Positions 36,629-48,034 of a stretch of DNA of 63,588 bases are shown in pieces. A model generated the notes under the pieces. It worked only from the letters and a program-made list of their open reading frames with translations, was not told the origin of the DNA and ran no database searches. Position 1 is the stretch's first letter; the number at the start of each line of letters is the position of its first letter. The position numbers were made by a program, and so were the translations under genes. Source of the stretch: Cyanobacteriota bacterium (GTDB lineage Bacteria > Cyanobacteriota > Cyanobacteriia > PCC-6307 > Cyanobiaceae); the NCBI GenBank assembly GCA_035285645.1, contig JAYKGR010000021.1:1-63588 (forward strand), in the 5' to 3' direction.

Positions 36629-38851
36629 GTGGCCACCTTTCTGCTGGAGATCGGCACGGAAGAACTGCCGGCTGACTTTGTGCGTCTGGCCCTGCCCCAG
36701 CTGGAGGCGCTGGCCCAGCAGGATCTGCGCGACGCGCGGCTGATTCCCAGCAGCCTACGGGCCACCGGCACCCCTCGACGCCTGGCCCTGATCGTGGAGC
36801 AGCTGCCGAAACGGCAGGACGACCTGCAGGAGGAACGCAAGGGGCCGCCGGCAGCGCAGGCGTTCCGCGATGGCCAGCCCACTGCGGCCGCCATCGGCTT
36901 TGCTCGCCGCTGCGGTCTTGAGCCAAGCCAGCTGAACGTGCGCCAAACCGACAAGGGCGCTTTCGTGTATGCCACCGTGACGGAAGCGGGCCAAGCCAGC
37001 GCCGACGTGCTGGCCAGGCTTGTGCCCCACTGGATCACCAGCTTGCAAGGCCGGCGGTTCATGCGCTGGGGTGCGGGTGAGCAGCGCTTTTCGCGGCCCA
37101 TCCGCTGGCTGGTGGCCTTGCTCGACAACACCGTGGTGCCGGTGGATCTCCCTGAAGCCGACCCACCGGTTGCCAGTGGCCGCTTCAGCCGGGGCCACCG
37201 CCTGCACCCCGAACCCCTCAGCTTGGCTGAGGCCGACGACTACGCCCGCACCCTGGCTGCCGCTGGCGTGCAGGTCGAGCGCACGGCACGCGGGCAAACG
37301 ATCCGCGAAAGCGTTGCCGCAGCAGCGGCCAGCCACCGGGCCAGGGCCGACATGCCCGAGGCCTTGTTGGACGAGCTGGTAGACCTTGTGGAAGCCCCCC
37401 AGCTGCTCCAGGGGCGGTTCGACGAACGCTTTCTGGCCTTGCCGGCCGAGGTGCTGAGCACGGTGATGCGTGTGCATCAGCGCTACGTGCCCCTGGTGCG
37501 GGCCGATGCGACCGACGATCTGCTGGCCCTGGCGGCAACCGACGTACTGCTGCCCGCCTTTCTCTGCATCGGCAACGGCCAACAACAGGCAGCAGCCACC
37601 ATTCAGCGAGGCAATGAGCGGGTGCTGCGGGCCCGACTGGCCGATGCCGAGTTTTTTGTGGCGGCCGACCTGGCCATCAGAAGCGCAGAACGTTGTGAAG
37701 CGCTTGCCCGTGTCACCTTTGCCGAGGGTCTGGGCAGCCTGCTTGACCGCGTGCATCGGCTGGAGTGGCTCACGGATGCCCTGCTGCAACGGCTCCCTCA
37801 GGAGCCGGCCACAGCCGACCACGCCCGCAGGGCGGCCTCTTTGTGTAAGCACGATCTGGTGAGCCAGATGGTGGGTGAATTTCCCGAGCTGCAAGGGGTG
37901 ATGGGAGGAAAATATCTGCTGGCGGAAGGGGAGCCGCGTGCAGTGGCCCAGGCGGTGCTGGAGCACTACCAACCCCGCGGCGCCGGCGATGCCCTGCCCG
38001 CTTCCGATGCCGGCGCACTGCTGGCCATGGCGGAACGGCTGGAGCTGCTCGTGAGCATTTTTGCCAAGGGTGAGCGCCCCAGCGGATCTTCCGATCCGTA
38101 TGCCTTGCGGCGTGCTGGCAACGGCATCCTGCAGATCCTCTGGGAACGATGCTGGAGTCTTGACTTTCACCGACTTCTGCTCTTCGCACTGGATCAAGAA
38201 CAATGGAGGAAATATTATCCCGATCGAGCGATAAACCCAGGCGTTCTGTACAAGGAACTCGGCGATTTCATCCGTCAGAGACTGCTTTTTGCCCTAGAAG
38301 ATGATGGGGTTGATGCCGATATCGCCCAGGCCGTTGCAGGCGATACCATCGCCCTGGAATCACTTCTGGCCCAAACGAGCGATGCACGGCTGCGCGGACG
38401 CCTGATCCAGCGCCTGCGCAACACAGGAGCGCTGAAACCGGTTCAGGAGGTTGTGCAACGGGCGGCAAAGCTCGCGGTTCATTCCACCGCTGGCAGCGAT
38501 GAACTCAACCCCGAATCCACAGACCTGATTGATCCGGTGCTGTTCGAAAAAGACTCGGAGCACGATCTTCATCGGGCGCTGATCCTGCTGAGCCAGGTGG
38601 TCGCCGATGTCCACCATCTCACAGACTCATCGCCAGGGCTGTATCCCATGGCAACGGCGGAAGCTGCCTATCAGCGCCTTGGTGAGCAGATCGCACAGGC
38701 ATCCGTGAGCCTGCGCAATTTCTTCGATGGCGACCACAGTGTGATGGTGATGGCCGACGAACAGCCCGTGCGCACCAACAGGCTCAACCTGCTGGCGGTG
38801 CTGCGGAACCAAGCTGCCGTTCTGGCCGACTTCAGCAGGCTAAGCGGTTAA
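36629..38851 (+). CDS. glyS: Glycyl-tRNA synthetase beta subunit
   Basis: FLLEIGTEELP, TPRRL, EFPELQG, GSSDPYALRR and NRLNLL; GAGGAG before the GTG start. Confidence 0.97.
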   Translation: MATFLLEIGTEELPADFVRLALPQLEALAQQDLRDARLIPSSLRATGTPRRLALIVEQLPKRQDDLQEERKGPPAAQAFRDGQPTAAAIGFARRCGLEPSQLNVRQTDKGAFVYATVTEAGQASADVLARLVPHWITSLQGRRFMRWGAGEQRFSRPIRWLVALLDNTVVPVDLPEADPPVASGRFSRGHRLHPEPLSLAEADDYARTLAAAGVQVERTARGQTIRESVAAAAASHRARADMPEALLDELVDLVEAPQLLQGRFDERFLALPAEVLSTVMRVHQRYVPLVRADATDDLLALAATDVLLPAFLCIGNGQQQAAATIQRGNERVLRARLADAEFFVAADLAIRSAERCEALARVTFAEGLGSLLDRVHRLEWLTDALLQRLPQEPATADHARRAASLCKHDLVSQMVGEFPELQGVMGGKYLLAEGEPRAVAQAVLEHYQPRGAGDALPASDAGALLAMAERLELLVSIFAKGERPSGSSDPYALRRAGNGILQILWERCWSLDFHRLLLFALDQEQWRKYYPDRAINPGVLYKELGDFIRQRLLFALEDDGVDADIAQAVAGDTIALESLLAQTSDARLRGRLIQRLRNTGALKPVQEVVQRAAKLAVHSTAGSDELNPESTDLIDPVLFEKDSEHDLHRALILLSQVVADVHHLTDSSPGLYPMATAEAAYQRLGEQIAQASVSLRNFFDGDHSVMVMADEQPVRTNRLNLLAVLRNQAAVLADFSRLSG

Positions 38852-38873
38852 CCATCGCCCACCCGGCCGCTTC

Positions 38874-39095
38874 CTATTCGGGGTTGTGAGACCGGGTCCA
38901 GGACCGGTAAAGCGCTACGCCGCCACCTCCCCAGAGCAGGGTCCAGACGATGAAAGTGATCAGTGTGCCCAGCTGTCCACCTTCCAGCGAATACAGCCCC
39001 GCCTGGATGAAGCCCGCATCAATCAGGGAGCCACCGATGCCCCAGCCCAGCACCCAGGTGAACAGAAAACCGATGGCCTGAAGATTGTTGGTCAT
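38874..39095 (-). CDS. Small two-TM hypothetical protein
   Basis: MTNNLQAIGFLFTWVLGWGIGGSLIDAG...GTLITFIVWTLLWG. Confidence 0.75.
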   Translation of the reverse strand: MTNNLQAIGFLFTWVLGWGIGGSLIDAGFIQAGLYSLEGGQLGTLITFIVWTLLWGGGGVALYRSWTRSHNPE

Positions 39096-39145
39096 GGCAC
39101 AAGGCGGGGAACACTGTGGCAAAAGCGCGCGGTGGGCTGCGCTGC

Positions 39146-40498
39146 TCAGCGTCCTGCAGCCACAGGGGTGCGCTCCTCGCTCACTGGCTCCACAGGGGCC
39201 TTGACCAAAGGGGTGGCCACAGACCTTAGATCGTCGAGATCCTCTTCGCTCCGCACAGCGCTGGGAACGGGCTGATATCCCGATGGAGCCAGAGCCTGAC
39301 CCCGAAGCACCGAGCCCAGAGTCTTGAAGGTGAGCTTGAGCTGCTGCCAAGGATTCATGGCCACAACCCGCTTGTAGAGATAGCTGTCAAAAGTGAGGCG
39401 CTGCACATCCTTGTCATCGCACATTTCCACGAAGGCTTCGCGAGCTGGATCATTGGAGTAGAAGATATTCTGCAGCAATTCCAACACCTTGTAAGTAGGA
39501 CCATACTTGCGATCCCATTTTTTCAGATAGACCTTGAGATCTTTTTCTGTGGGGATAAGCGTGCCACTGGCACTGGCAGACACGATTTCCTCCGCACACA
39601 TACGACCGCTCTTGGCAGCAAAGTAGATGCCTTCCCCCGAACTCTTCGTGACATAACCGGCCGCATCACCCACCAAAGCCATACGACCCACGACCCGCCG
39701 AGGGCGGGGATGCTCAGGAATTGGGTGAGCTTCTACCTTGATCACCTCACCCTGCAGAAGCCGCTTGCTGGCTCGTTCGCGAATACCTTTCTGCAGGCTT
39801 TTGATCAGCGACTGGTTTTTCTGCATCGTACCCGTGCCCACAGCGACGTGGTCGTACTTGGGGAATACCCATGCATAGAAGTCTGGCGAGACGTCGGTAC
39901 CGACATACATCTCGGCCAGATCTTCGTAATAACCCATTTCTTCTTTGGGAAGACGAATGCGCTCCTGGAAAGCGATTGCTACATTGTAGTCACCAGCATC
40001 CATAGCCTTGGCGACCCGGCTGTTGGCACCATCAGCGCCAACGATCAGATCAACCTCCAGGCTACGAAGTTCACCCGTAGCGCCGCCAGACGAGTAATCG
40101 GCATAGTGAATTGTGTAAGGACCCTGGCGAGCCGCTCCGGTGTCAATTTTTTGGACCAAACCGTTGATCAGGGTTGCTCCCAGCTCGGCAGCTCGGTTGC
40201 GCAGGAAGGCATCCATCACCTCGCGTCGGCACATCCCGATGTATTCATCGGGGTTGTCTAGGTGAATGTCCACCTCCCGGTTGGAGGGGGAAATCATCTT
40301 CATGTTACGGACTTTGCGGTCGATGATCGACTCCGGCAAGTCAAATTCACTCACCATGCAGAGTGGAATCGCACCACCGCAAGGTTTGGCGTTGTCGAGT
40401 TTGCGCTCGAACAGCCAGGTCTGGATGCCGGCCTTGGCGAGCACCTCGGCAGCACAGGAGCCGCTGGGTCCACCACCCACCACCGCAACGCGCAACAT
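39146..40498 (-). CDS. chlP: Geranylgeranyl reductase
   Basis: VAVVGGGPSG, KPCGGAIP and GDAAGYVTKSSGEGIYFA; start MLRVAVV. Confidence 0.97.
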   Translation of the reverse strand: MLRVAVVGGGPSGSCAAEVLAKAGIQTWLFERKLDNAKPCGGAIPLCMVSEFDLPESIIDRKVRNMKMISPSNREVDIHLDNPDEYIGMCRREVMDAFLRNRAAELGATLINGLVQKIDTGAARQGPYTIHYADYSSGGATGELRSLEVDLIVGADGANSRVAKAMDAGDYNVAIAFQERIRLPKEEMGYYEDLAEMYVGTDVSPDFYAWVFPKYDHVAVGTGTMQKNQSLIKSLQKGIRERASKRLLQGEVIKVEAHPIPEHPRPRRVVGRMALVGDAAGYVTKSSGEGIYFAAKSGRMCAEEIVSASASGTLIPTEKDLKVYLKKWDRKYGPTYKVLELLQNIFYSNDPAREAFVEMCDDKDVQRLTFDSYLYKRVVAMNPWQQLKLTFKTLGSVLRGQALAPSGYQPVPSAVRSEEDLDDLRSVATPLVKAPVEPVSEERTPVAAGR

Positions 40499-40612
40499 CT
40501 TGAAACCTGCTCCAGCAAAGGGATCCTGCCTGGAAGCTAACACCGCTACACCAGCGCCTGGGGCCCATCGGCCCCAGCCTGCCTACGATCCGGCCAACCG
40601 ACACACCATGGC

Positions 40613-41356
40613 GTGACGCGAGGCTCTGCCCGTCGCCGGGGGCCCGACGACGACATTCCCCAGGCCCGCCGCAGCCATACTCTGGGCTCCAGGGCGAGCG
40701 AACGGCGGGCACGCACCACAGGGTTACTGCTCGGCACGGCGCTGCCGTTGCTGCTGCTGGGGCTGTGGTGGCGCAGCGCCCCGCTGGGACGCCAGCCAGC
40801 CGCCGCCCCCCCCGTGCCCGGCGTCAAAGCCAGGCTCAGCGCGGATGGCCGCCTGCTCGGCCACTTTCCCTACCCCGAAGCCCGCCCGGAGCAGCTGGTG
40901 AGCTTCGCGCCAGGTCTGCAGCTGCGCCCGGAGGCGGCGGAATCTCTGCGCCGCCTCCGGGCGGCGGCCGCCGCCGATGGGGTGGAGATCACCGTGCTGA
41001 GCGGCTTTCGCGACGAACAGCTGCAGCGGGAGTTGTTCTTTGATGTCAAGGCAGAGCGCAACCAGAGCGCGCGGGAACGAGCCCAGGTGAGTGCACCGCC
41101 CGGTTTTTCGGAGCATGCCACCGGCTATGCCGTTGATCTTGGCGATGGCCGGCAGCCCGGTACCAACCTGTCCCCAGCGTTCGACACCACCGAGGCCTAT
41201 CGCTGGCTGAAGAACCACGCCGCCCGATTTCACTTCGAGCTGTCCTTCCCGCGAGCCAACCGCCAGGGGGTGAGCTACGAACCATGGCACTGGCGGTATG
41301 AGGGATCCACCACTGCCCTGCGCCTGTTTGAAGCCGCCCAACGGCTGCAGCGCTGA
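40613..41356 (+). CDS. D-Ala-D-Ala carboxypeptidase (M15B, VanY-like)
   Basis: SGFR, APPGFSEHATGYAVD and YEPWHWRY. Confidence 0.9.
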   Translation: MTRGSARRRGPDDDIPQARRSHTLGSRASERRARTTGLLLGTALPLLLLGLWWRSAPLGRQPAAAPPVPGVKARLSADGRLLGHFPYPEARPEQLVSFAPGLQLRPEAAESLRRLRAAAAADGVEITVLSGFRDEQLQRELFFDVKAERNQSARERAQVSAPPGFSEHATGYAVDLGDGRQPGTNLSPAFDTTEAYRWLKNHAARFHFELSFPRANRQGVSYEPWHWRYEGSTTALRLFEAAQRLQR

Positions 41357-41519
41357 TCCCGTGAGGAACCACCGCTCGGGCTAGGATCAAGAATCGCTTC
41401 AATCAACCCCTTCGCTGTTCCATCCCCGGCCACCGCGGCCTGGATGCACGCTCCGGATGCTTCGTCCGGGCGACAGGGTTTCTGGGCGACGCATTTTCCC
41501 TTCGCACGACTGTCAGCCC

Positions 41520-43328
41520 ATGAGTGGCGGAACCAAAGGTGTGGCGATTCGCAACGTCGCCATCATTGCCCACGTTGACCACGGCAAAACCACACTGGTG
41601 GATGCCTTGCTCAACCAATCCGGCATTTTCCGCGAAGGCGAAGCGGTGCCCACCTGCATCCTCGATTCCAACGATTTGGAGCGCGAGCGTGGCATCACGA
41701 TTCTCTCGAAAAATACCGCCGTTGACTACAACGGAATCCGGATCAATATTGTTGACACCCCAGGCCACGCTGATTTTGGCGGCGAAGTGGAACGGGTGCT
41801 CGGAATGGTGGACGGCTGCCTGCTGATCGTGGACGCCAACGAGGGGCCCATGCCCCAGACCCGTTTTGTGCTGAAAAAAGCCTTGGAGAAAGGCCTGAGA
41901 CCGATTGTATTCGTCAACAAGATCGACCGTGCCAGGGTCGACCCCGAACAGGCGGTTGACAAAGTTCTGGATCTATTTCTGGAACTGGGTGCCGACGACG
42001 ATCAGTGTGATTTCCCCTATCTGTTTGGCAGTGGCATGGGCGGCTACGCCAAGCCAGACATGGCCACAGACAGCGACAGCATGAAGCCGCTGTTCGATGC
42101 CATTCTTCGCCATGTGCCACCGCCGGTGGGCGATCTAGCCAAGCCCCTGCAGCTCCAGGTCACCACGCTCGACTACAGCGACTTTCTCGGTCGCATCATG
42201 ATTGGCCGTATCCACAACGGCACCATTGCTGCGGGCCAGAATGTGGCGCTGATTCGCGACGACGGCAGCATCAAGCGAGGTCGCATCAGCAAATTACTCG
42301 GTTTCCAGGGTCTGCAACGCGTGGAGATCGAGCGTGCCAGCGCCGGAGACTTGGTGGCTGTGGCCGGCTTCGATGAAGTGAGCATCGGTGAAACCATCGC
42401 CTGCCCCGACAACCCCGAGGCCCTGCCGCTGATCAAGGTCGATGAGCCCACCCTCCAGATGACCTTCGTGGTGAACGATTCACCCTTCGCGGGTAAAGAA
42501 GGAAAGTTTGTCACCAGCCGACAGGTTCGCGATCGCCTGCAACGAGAACTGCTCACCAATGTGGCCTTGCGGGTGGATGACACCGACTCTCCCGACCGCT
42601 GGTCGGTGAGCGGTCGCGGTGAGCTTCATCTGGGGATCCTGATTGAAACGATGCGCCGTGAAGGCTACGAATTTCAGGTAAGTCAACCCCAGGTGATTTT
42701 TCGCACCATCGACGGCACACCCCACGAGCCCTTCGAAACACTGGTGATGGACGTACCGGAGGAAGCCGTGGGCGCCTGCATCGAGAAGCTGGGCATCCGC
42801 AAGGGTGAGATGCAGAACATGGAGACCTCCAACGATGGCCGCACCCAGCTGGAATTCGTTGTGCCATCGCGAGGGCTGATCGGTTTCCGGGGCGATTTTG
42901 TGCGCGCCACCCGTGGAGAAGGAATCATGAGTCATTCCTTCCTCGACTATCGCCCAATGCAGGGTGAATTTGACACGAGACGCAATGGTGTGCTGATCGC
43001 CTTTGAAGAAGGCACCGCCACGTTTTACGCCCTCAAGAACGCGGAAGATCGCGGTCAGTTTTTTATCAGTCCTGGCACCAAGGTCTACAAGGGGATGATT
43101 GTGGGCGAAAACAACCGGCCTCAAGATCTCGAGATCAATGTCTGCAAAACCAAGCAGCTCACCAACATGCGTTCAGCCGGCGCTGAGGAGCTCGATACCC
43201 TCCAGACCCCTGTGCAGATGACGCTGGAGCGGGCTCTGGAATACATCGGCCCCGATGAGATGCTGGAGGTGACACCCGAGTCGATCCGCCTGCGCAAGCT
43301 GCCGGCCCGCAAGCCCGCCAAACGGTGA
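41520..43328 (+). CDS. typA: Translational GTPase TypA/BipA
   Basis: [26 protein letters not shown] and [11 protein letters not shown]. Confidence 0.97.
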   Translation: MSGGTKGVAIRNVAIIAHVDHGKTTLVDALLNQSGIFREGEAVPTCILDSNDLERERGITILSKNTAVDYNGIRINIVDTPGHADFGGEVERVLGMVDGCLLIVDANEGPMPQTRFVLKKALEKGLRPIVFVNKIDRARVDPEQAVDKVLDLFLELGADDDQCDFPYLFGSGMGGYAKPDMATDSDSMKPLFDAILRHVPPPVGDLAKPLQLQVTTLDYSDFLGRIMIGRIHNGTIAAGQNVALIRDDGSIKRGRISKLLGFQGLQRVEIERASAGDLVAVAGFDEVSIGETIACPDNPEALPLIKVDEPTLQMTFVVNDSPFAGKEGKFVTSRQVRDRLQRELLTNVALRVDDTDSPDRWSVSGRGELHLGILIETMRREGYEFQVSQPQVIFRTIDGTPHEPFETLVMDVPEEAVGACIEKLGIRKGEMQNMETSNDGRTQLEFVVPSRGLIGFRGDFVRATRGEGIMSHSFLDYRPMQGEFDTRRNGVLIAFEEGTATFYALKNAEDRGQFFISPGTKVYKGMIVGENNRPQDLEINVCKTKQLTNMRSAGAEELDTLQTPVQMTLERALEYIGPDEMLEVTPESIRLRKLPARKPAKR

Positions 43329-43738
43329 TCCATTTAGGAGTTGACGCGGAGGAAAGCCAGCTGCAGGCCGATCTCCGCCTGCGGCGCTCCATCGCGCTCT
43401 TCAATGCTGGGGAGTGGTACGACTGCCACGACAGTTTGGAAGAGCTCTGGCACGAAACCCAGGGGCCCATGCGAACGGTGTTGCAGGGGATCCTGCAGAT
43501 CGCTGTGGCCCATCTCCACTTGGAGCGCAACAATCGACGTGGTGCCACGATGCTTCTTGGCGAAGGGTTAGGTCGGCTACACGGGGCCGGTGCCACGGCC
43601 CTCGGCCTCAACCTCGACTTGCTCCGTCAGCGTGCCGAGGCGCGTCTCCTCTGCCTGCAGGCCGAAGGCGACCCCAGCGCCTTAGCCCTGCCGGAGCTCC
43701 GCCTGGCCGATCCCTGCCAGCCAGCGGGTGAAGTCTGA
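43325..43738 (+). CDS. DUF309 family protein
   Basis: FNAGEWYDCHDSLEELW..QGILQIAVAHLH. Confidence 0.88.
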   Translation: MIHLGVDAEESQLQADLRLRRSIALFNAGEWYDCHDSLEELWHETQGPMRTVLQGILQIAVAHLHLERNNRRGATMLLGEGLGRLHGAGATALGLNLDLLRQRAEARLLCLQAEGDPSALALPELRLADPCQPAGEV

Positions 43739-43753
43739 ACGCGCCTCAGTACA

Positions 43754-44209
43754 TTGCCCACTGTGACCCTGCCGGTGTTTCGGGACGTGCATCTGACAGT
43801 TCGCGCCGCTCTGGTGCTCTGCGGCCTGGCGCTTGGTCCCTCACTGGCCGCGCCCCTGCCGCCAGCAGCCCCTGCCGCAGATCTGCTCACCATCGAATCC
43901 GATCTGCAGCAGGCTGACAACCGCACTGGCGTGATCACGGCCACCGGCAATGTGCGCATCGTCAGTGAAGCTCGCGGCCTCACCGTCCGAGCTCGCCAGG
44001 CCCAGTTCTTCAGCCGCGAAGGTCGCCTGGTGCTCAGCGGTGATGTCGAGGCGGTGGATGCCCAGGGGCAGCGGATTCGGGCTGAACGGTTGGTTTACCT
44101 GGTGAACGGCGAACGGCTGGTGGCCCAGCCCGTCGAAGGGGGTCAGGTGACCACCCGTTTTCTGCTGCCGCGCTCCAGCGGTGCCCGCCAGCCCCTTCCC
44201 TTGCCATGA
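43754..44209 (+). CDS. lptA: LptA/OstA family LPS transport protein
   Basis: Signal-like N-terminus, ITATGNVRI and LVLSGDV; precedes lptB; start uncertain. Confidence 0.8.
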   Translation: MPTVTLPVFRDVHLTVRAALVLCGLALGPSLAAPLPPAAPAADLLTIESDLQQADNRTGVITATGNVRIVSEARGLTVRARQAQFFSREGRLVLSGDVEAVDAQGQRIRAERLVYLVNGERLVAQPVEGGQVTTRFLLPRSSGARQPLPLP

Positions 44210-44934
44210 GCCTGCAGCTGCGGCACGTGGGCGTCACCCTGGGTGGCCGCCAGCTGGTGGCTGATGTCAGCCTTGCGCTCAATCCCGAGGAGGTGGTAGG
44301 GCTGCTGGGACCCAACGGCGCTGGCAAAACCACCACGTTTCATCTGGTCACAGGGCTGCTGCAACCCGATCGGGGTGAGGTGCTACTGGATGGAGCCGCG
44401 ATCCACGGCTTACCGATGCCGCAGCGAGCCCGGATGGGAATCGGTTATCTCCCCCAGGAGGCCAGCATTTTTCGCCAGCTCACCGTGCGCGAAAACCTGA
44501 TGCTGGCCCTGCAGTCCAGCAACCGGGAATCAAAGCAGCACCGGGAGCGGTTGGAGCAGCTGGTGGAAGAGTTTCACCTTCAGAATTTCATGCATCGGCG
44601 CGGATTTCAGCTCTCCGGCGGGGAACGGCGTCGTGCCGAAGTGGCCCGCGCCCTCGCCGTGGGAACCAATGGGCCTCGCTATCTGTTGCTGGATGAGCCC
44701 TTTGCCGGGGTGGATCCTCTGGCCGTAGCCGATCTGCAGGATCTGATCCAGCGGCTGCGGCAGCGGGGCATGGGCCTGCTGATCACCGATCACAACGTAC
44801 GCGAAACCCTGGCGATCACCGACAGGGCCTACATCCTCAACGAGGGAAAGATCCTCGCAGCTGGCAGTGCCGCGGCGATGGCAGCCGATCCCCTGGTACG
44901 GCGCCACTACCTCGGGGAGGCCTTTCAGCTGTGA
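44206..44934 (+). CDS. lptB: LPS export ABC ATPase
   Basis: GPNGAGKTT, YLPQEASIF, LSGGERRR, DEPFAGVDP and TDHNVRETL. Confidence 0.95.
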   Translation: MSLQLRHVGVTLGGRQLVADVSLALNPEEVVGLLGPNGAGKTTTFHLVTGLLQPDRGEVLLDGAAIHGLPMPQRARMGIGYLPQEASIFRQLTVRENLMLALQSSNRESKQHRERLEQLVEEFHLQNFMHRRGFQLSGGERRRAEVARALAVGTNGPRYLLLDEPFAGVDPLAVADLQDLIQRLRQRGMGLLITDHNVRETLAITDRAYILNEGKILAAGSAAAMAADPLVRRHYLGEAFQL

Positions 44935-46082
44935 AGGGCGTGCTGCCGTACCGACGCCTGCCCTTGCTGGATCGTTGGCTGATCGGCGAATTGATCGGTC
45001 CTCTGCTGTTCGGGATCGCCGCCTTTACCGCCGTCTCCCTCTCCGTGGGGGTGGTTTTCGAGTTGGTGCGCAAGGTGGCCGAATCAGGCCTGCCCGCCTG
45101 GGTGGCGGTACAGGTGCTGGTGCTGCGTCTGCCCAGTTTTCTGGTGCTGGCTTTTCCAATGGCCACCCTGATGGCCACACTGCTGGCCTACAGCCGCCTC
45201 TCCGGTAGCTCTGAACTCACCGCCCTGCGCAGCCTGGGGGTGAGCAGCACACGCATGGTGGTGCCAGCCCTGGCGCTGGCGCTGGTGATGAGCTTGCTCA
45301 CCTTTGTCTTCAACGATGTGGTGGTACCCCGGGCCAACTTCACCGCCATGCAGACCCTCGACATGGCCCTGGGCAAAGCGATCTCGGGAGCTCGGGCCAA
45401 CAACACCCTTTACTCCCGCTTTGCCCGTATCCGCCAGCCTGACGGCCAGTCGTCGGAGGGGCTCGCCCAGCTGTTTTATGCCCGCGAGTTCGAACGGGGC
45501 AGGATGCATGATGTCACCCTGCTGGATTTCTCGCGCCCAGGCCAGCGCCAGATGCTCACCGCCGCCCAAGGTCTCTGGAATGAAAAGCGGGCCGAGTGGG
45601 AGTTCACCAATGGACGCATTGTGAGCGTGGATGAGGCGAATGGAACAACGACATCCGCCGATTTTGACCGGTACTTTTATCCACTTGGCCGCGACCCAAT
45701 CGATGTCGCAAGTCTACCCACCGATTCGAGCACGATGACCGTAGCTCAGGCCCGGCGTGCCGAACGTCTGTTACGAGAAGCCAATAACGAAAGGGAAGCC
45801 CGCCGGCTACGCGTCCGGATCCAGGAGAAATTTGCCTTTCCTGCCATCTGCCTCGTGTTTGGACTGATCGGCAGCAGTCTGGGTGTGCGACCTCATTCAC
45901 GCACCAGTCGCAGCCAAGGCTTTGGGATCAGCGTCCTTCTGATCTTTGGCTACTACTTGATGGCATTCATCTTCAGCTCCCTGGGCATCTCAGCCACCCT
46001 GCCGCCACCCCTGGCCGCCTGGTTGCCCGTGCTGATCGGCCTGGGTGCCGGGCTGCTGTTATTGCGCCAAGCCAGCCGTTGA
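44931..46082 (+). CDS. LptF/LptG family permease
   Basis: [15 protein letters not shown] and AAWLP; follows lptB. Confidence 0.92.
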   Translation: MKGVLPYRRLPLLDRWLIGELIGPLLFGIAAFTAVSLSVGVVFELVRKVAESGLPAWVAVQVLVLRLPSFLVLAFPMATLMATLLAYSRLSGSSELTALRSLGVSSTRMVVPALALALVMSLLTFVFNDVVVPRANFTAMQTLDMALGKAISGARANNTLYSRFARIRQPDGQSSEGLAQLFYAREFERGRMHDVTLLDFSRPGQRQMLTAAQGLWNEKRAEWEFTNGRIVSVDEANGTTTSADFDRYFYPLGRDPIDVASLPTDSSTMTVAQARRAERLLREANNEREARRLRVRIQEKFAFPAICLVFGLIGSSLGVRPHSRTSRSQGFGISVLLIFGYYLMAFIFSSLGISATLPPPLAAWLPVLIGLGAGLLLLRQASR

Positions 46083-46125
46083 TGCAAGCTCATCGCGTGC
46101 GGCGCCCCGTCAGACTGTCACCTGC

Positions 46126-47103
46126 ATGATCCACGGTCCCTTGTTGTTGCCCCTGGCCCTGCTGTCTTCCTGGCTCACCCTGCCAACCATGCTCCACGAC
46201 CCCGTCACTGGCCTGGGGTTGTTGGCCTTTGCCCTGCTGCTCGCTGCCTTGCCCCTGGCCTTCTGGGCCCTCAGTGGGGGCCGTGTCAGCACGGTGGTGC
46301 GCTTGCTGGTAGCGGTTGCCAATCTGGCGCTCACCGCCCAGCTTGTGCTGCGCTGGTGGGAATCAGGACATTTCCCCATCAGCAACCTCTACGAATCCCT
46401 CTGTTTTCTCGCTTGGGGCTGCACACTCGCCCAACTGCTGGTCGAGCGATCGTGGCCCAGCCCCCTGGTACCGGCGGCCACCGGTCCGATGGCGCTCGGT
46501 TGCGTGGCCTTCGCCAGCTTTGCCCTTCCCGATCGCCTCCAGGAGGCCTCGCCTCTGGTGCCGGCCCTGCGCTCCAGCTGGTTGGTGATGCACGTCAGTG
46601 TGATCATGCTCAGCTACGCGGCCCTGCTGGTGGGATCCCTGCTGAGCCTGGCGGTGCTGTTCACCGACCGCAACGAAGCCCTGGAGCTGCGCAGCAGTTC
46701 GATTGGCAGTGGCGGGTACCGGCAAGCCCAATGGGCCGGGGATGGGCCTGGAGCCCTGAGCTTGAGCAGCGCCGGTTTTCGCATCAGCGAACAGCTCGAC
46801 AGCCTCAGCTATCGCACGATCACGGTGGGATTTCTGCTGCTGTCCGTAGGGCTGGTGAGTGGGGCTGTCTGGGCCAACGAAGCCTGGGGCAGCTGGTGGA
46901 GCTGGGATCCCAAAGAAACCTGGGCGCTCATTTGCTGGTTGGTCTACGCCGCTTATCTCCATACGCGTTTGATCCGGGGCTGGCAGGGTCGGAAACCAGC
47001 GCTGGTCGCCACGGCTGGTCTCGTTGTGATTGCAGTTTGCTACATCGGTGTCAACCTGTTGGGCATCGGGCTCCATAGCTACGGCTGGTTCTTTGATTCC
47101 TGA
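46126..47103 (+). CDS. ccsA: Cytochrome c biogenesis protein CcsA (WWD heme-handling subunit)
   Basis: [23 protein letters not shown] and [18 protein letters not shown]; start 46126 or 46189. Confidence 0.95.
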   Translation: MIHGPLLLPLALLSSWLTLPTMLHDPVTGLGLLAFALLLAALPLAFWALSGGRVSTVVRLLVAVANLALTAQLVLRWWESGHFPISNLYESLCFLAWGCTLAQLLVERSWPSPLVPAATGPMALGCVAFASFALPDRLQEASPLVPALRSSWLVMHVSVIMLSYAALLVGSLLSLAVLFTDRNEALELRSSSIGSGGYRQAQWAGDGPGALSLSSAGFRISEQLDSLSYRTITVGFLLLSVGLVSGAVWANEAWGSWWSWDPKETWALICWLVYAAYLHTRLIRGWQGRKPALVATAGLVVIAVCYIGVNLLGIGLHSYGWFFDS

Positions 47104-47164
47104 TTGCTGATCTGCCGGCATCTCTGGCACACTGCTATCGCTACCAGCTTGCGTTGATCACTCC

Positions 47165-48028
47165 ATGTCATTGGGTATGCCGACAAACGAAAGGCCTTCA
47201 GAGGCCGACAGCCTGATGACTCCCGACACCTTGCGGCTATCGCGACTGCTGGCCGCGGTTGCGGGATCATTCTTCTTTGTTTATGGGATCACCGCTATAA
47301 TTGGCGCCCTGCCGCCCCGCCCCCTCGATCCTGGTTGGATCCTGCGCACAGCTGGATTGCTCACCGACAATGCCGCCATCCCCCTGGTCGGGGTTGTGCT
47401 CGTTTTTTTGGCCAGCCATCTCGATCCAGAAAGCCCCTTGATGCGAGCCCGCCGCAAACGGGTGGCCCAGCTCTGTCGCTGGGCTGCGATCGCTTTTCTG
47501 CTGTTGATTCCCGCCCAGCTGGCCGCCAGCTGGACGGGGGTGCAGCAGGTGGGGCAAAACCAGGGAGCGCAACTGCTCGAAGCCAGCCGCAAGGTGGCTG
47601 AGATTCGCAAAGCCACCGAAGCAGCCACATCCACCGCCGATCTGCAAGCCCGGCTGCAAAAGATTGGGGGTGCGTCGCTCGATCCCGCCGATCTGAGTCA
47701 ACCGATTGAACGGTTGCGTCCGCGCTATTTGAAGGAGCTCTCGGTCACGCAGTCGCAGGTTCAAGAACAGCAGAAAAACCCAGTTTCAACCGGACAGCAA
47801 CTCGTGGTTGCCCAGGGGACGACCAAAGGCCTGTTGATGGCACTGGCCTATGGGCTGGGCTTTGCGGCGGCAGCTCCAGGAATGGATCTCTACGGCTCAA
47901 TGCTGCTCGACTGGAAACGCATGCTGCGGTTGCCAACGATCCCCGGCAAACGCAAAGTTGATGCCAACTCCTCCTACATGGAAGCCCTCACCCGGATGGA
48001 GGAGGGCTCCGATGCCTCAAAAGACTGA
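47165..48028 (+). CDS. HpsJ-like membrane protein
   Basis: Three N-terminal TM segments (PLDPGW..LTDNAAIPLVG), a coiled region and a further TM segment; family from pattern memory. Confidence 0.65.
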   Translation: MSLGMPTNERPSEADSLMTPDTLRLSRLLAAVAGSFFFVYGITAIIGALPPRPLDPGWILRTAGLLTDNAAIPLVGVVLVFLASHLDPESPLMRARRKRVAQLCRWAAIAFLLLIPAQLAASWTGVQQVGQNQGAQLLEASRKVAEIRKATEAATSTADLQARLQKIGGASLDPADLSQPIERLRPRYLKELSVTQSQVQEQQKNPVSTGQQLVVAQGTTKGLLMALAYGLGFAAAAPGMDLYGSMLLDWKRMLRLPTIPGKRKVDANSSYMEALTRMEEGSDASKD

Positions 48029-48034
48029 CCTGCT

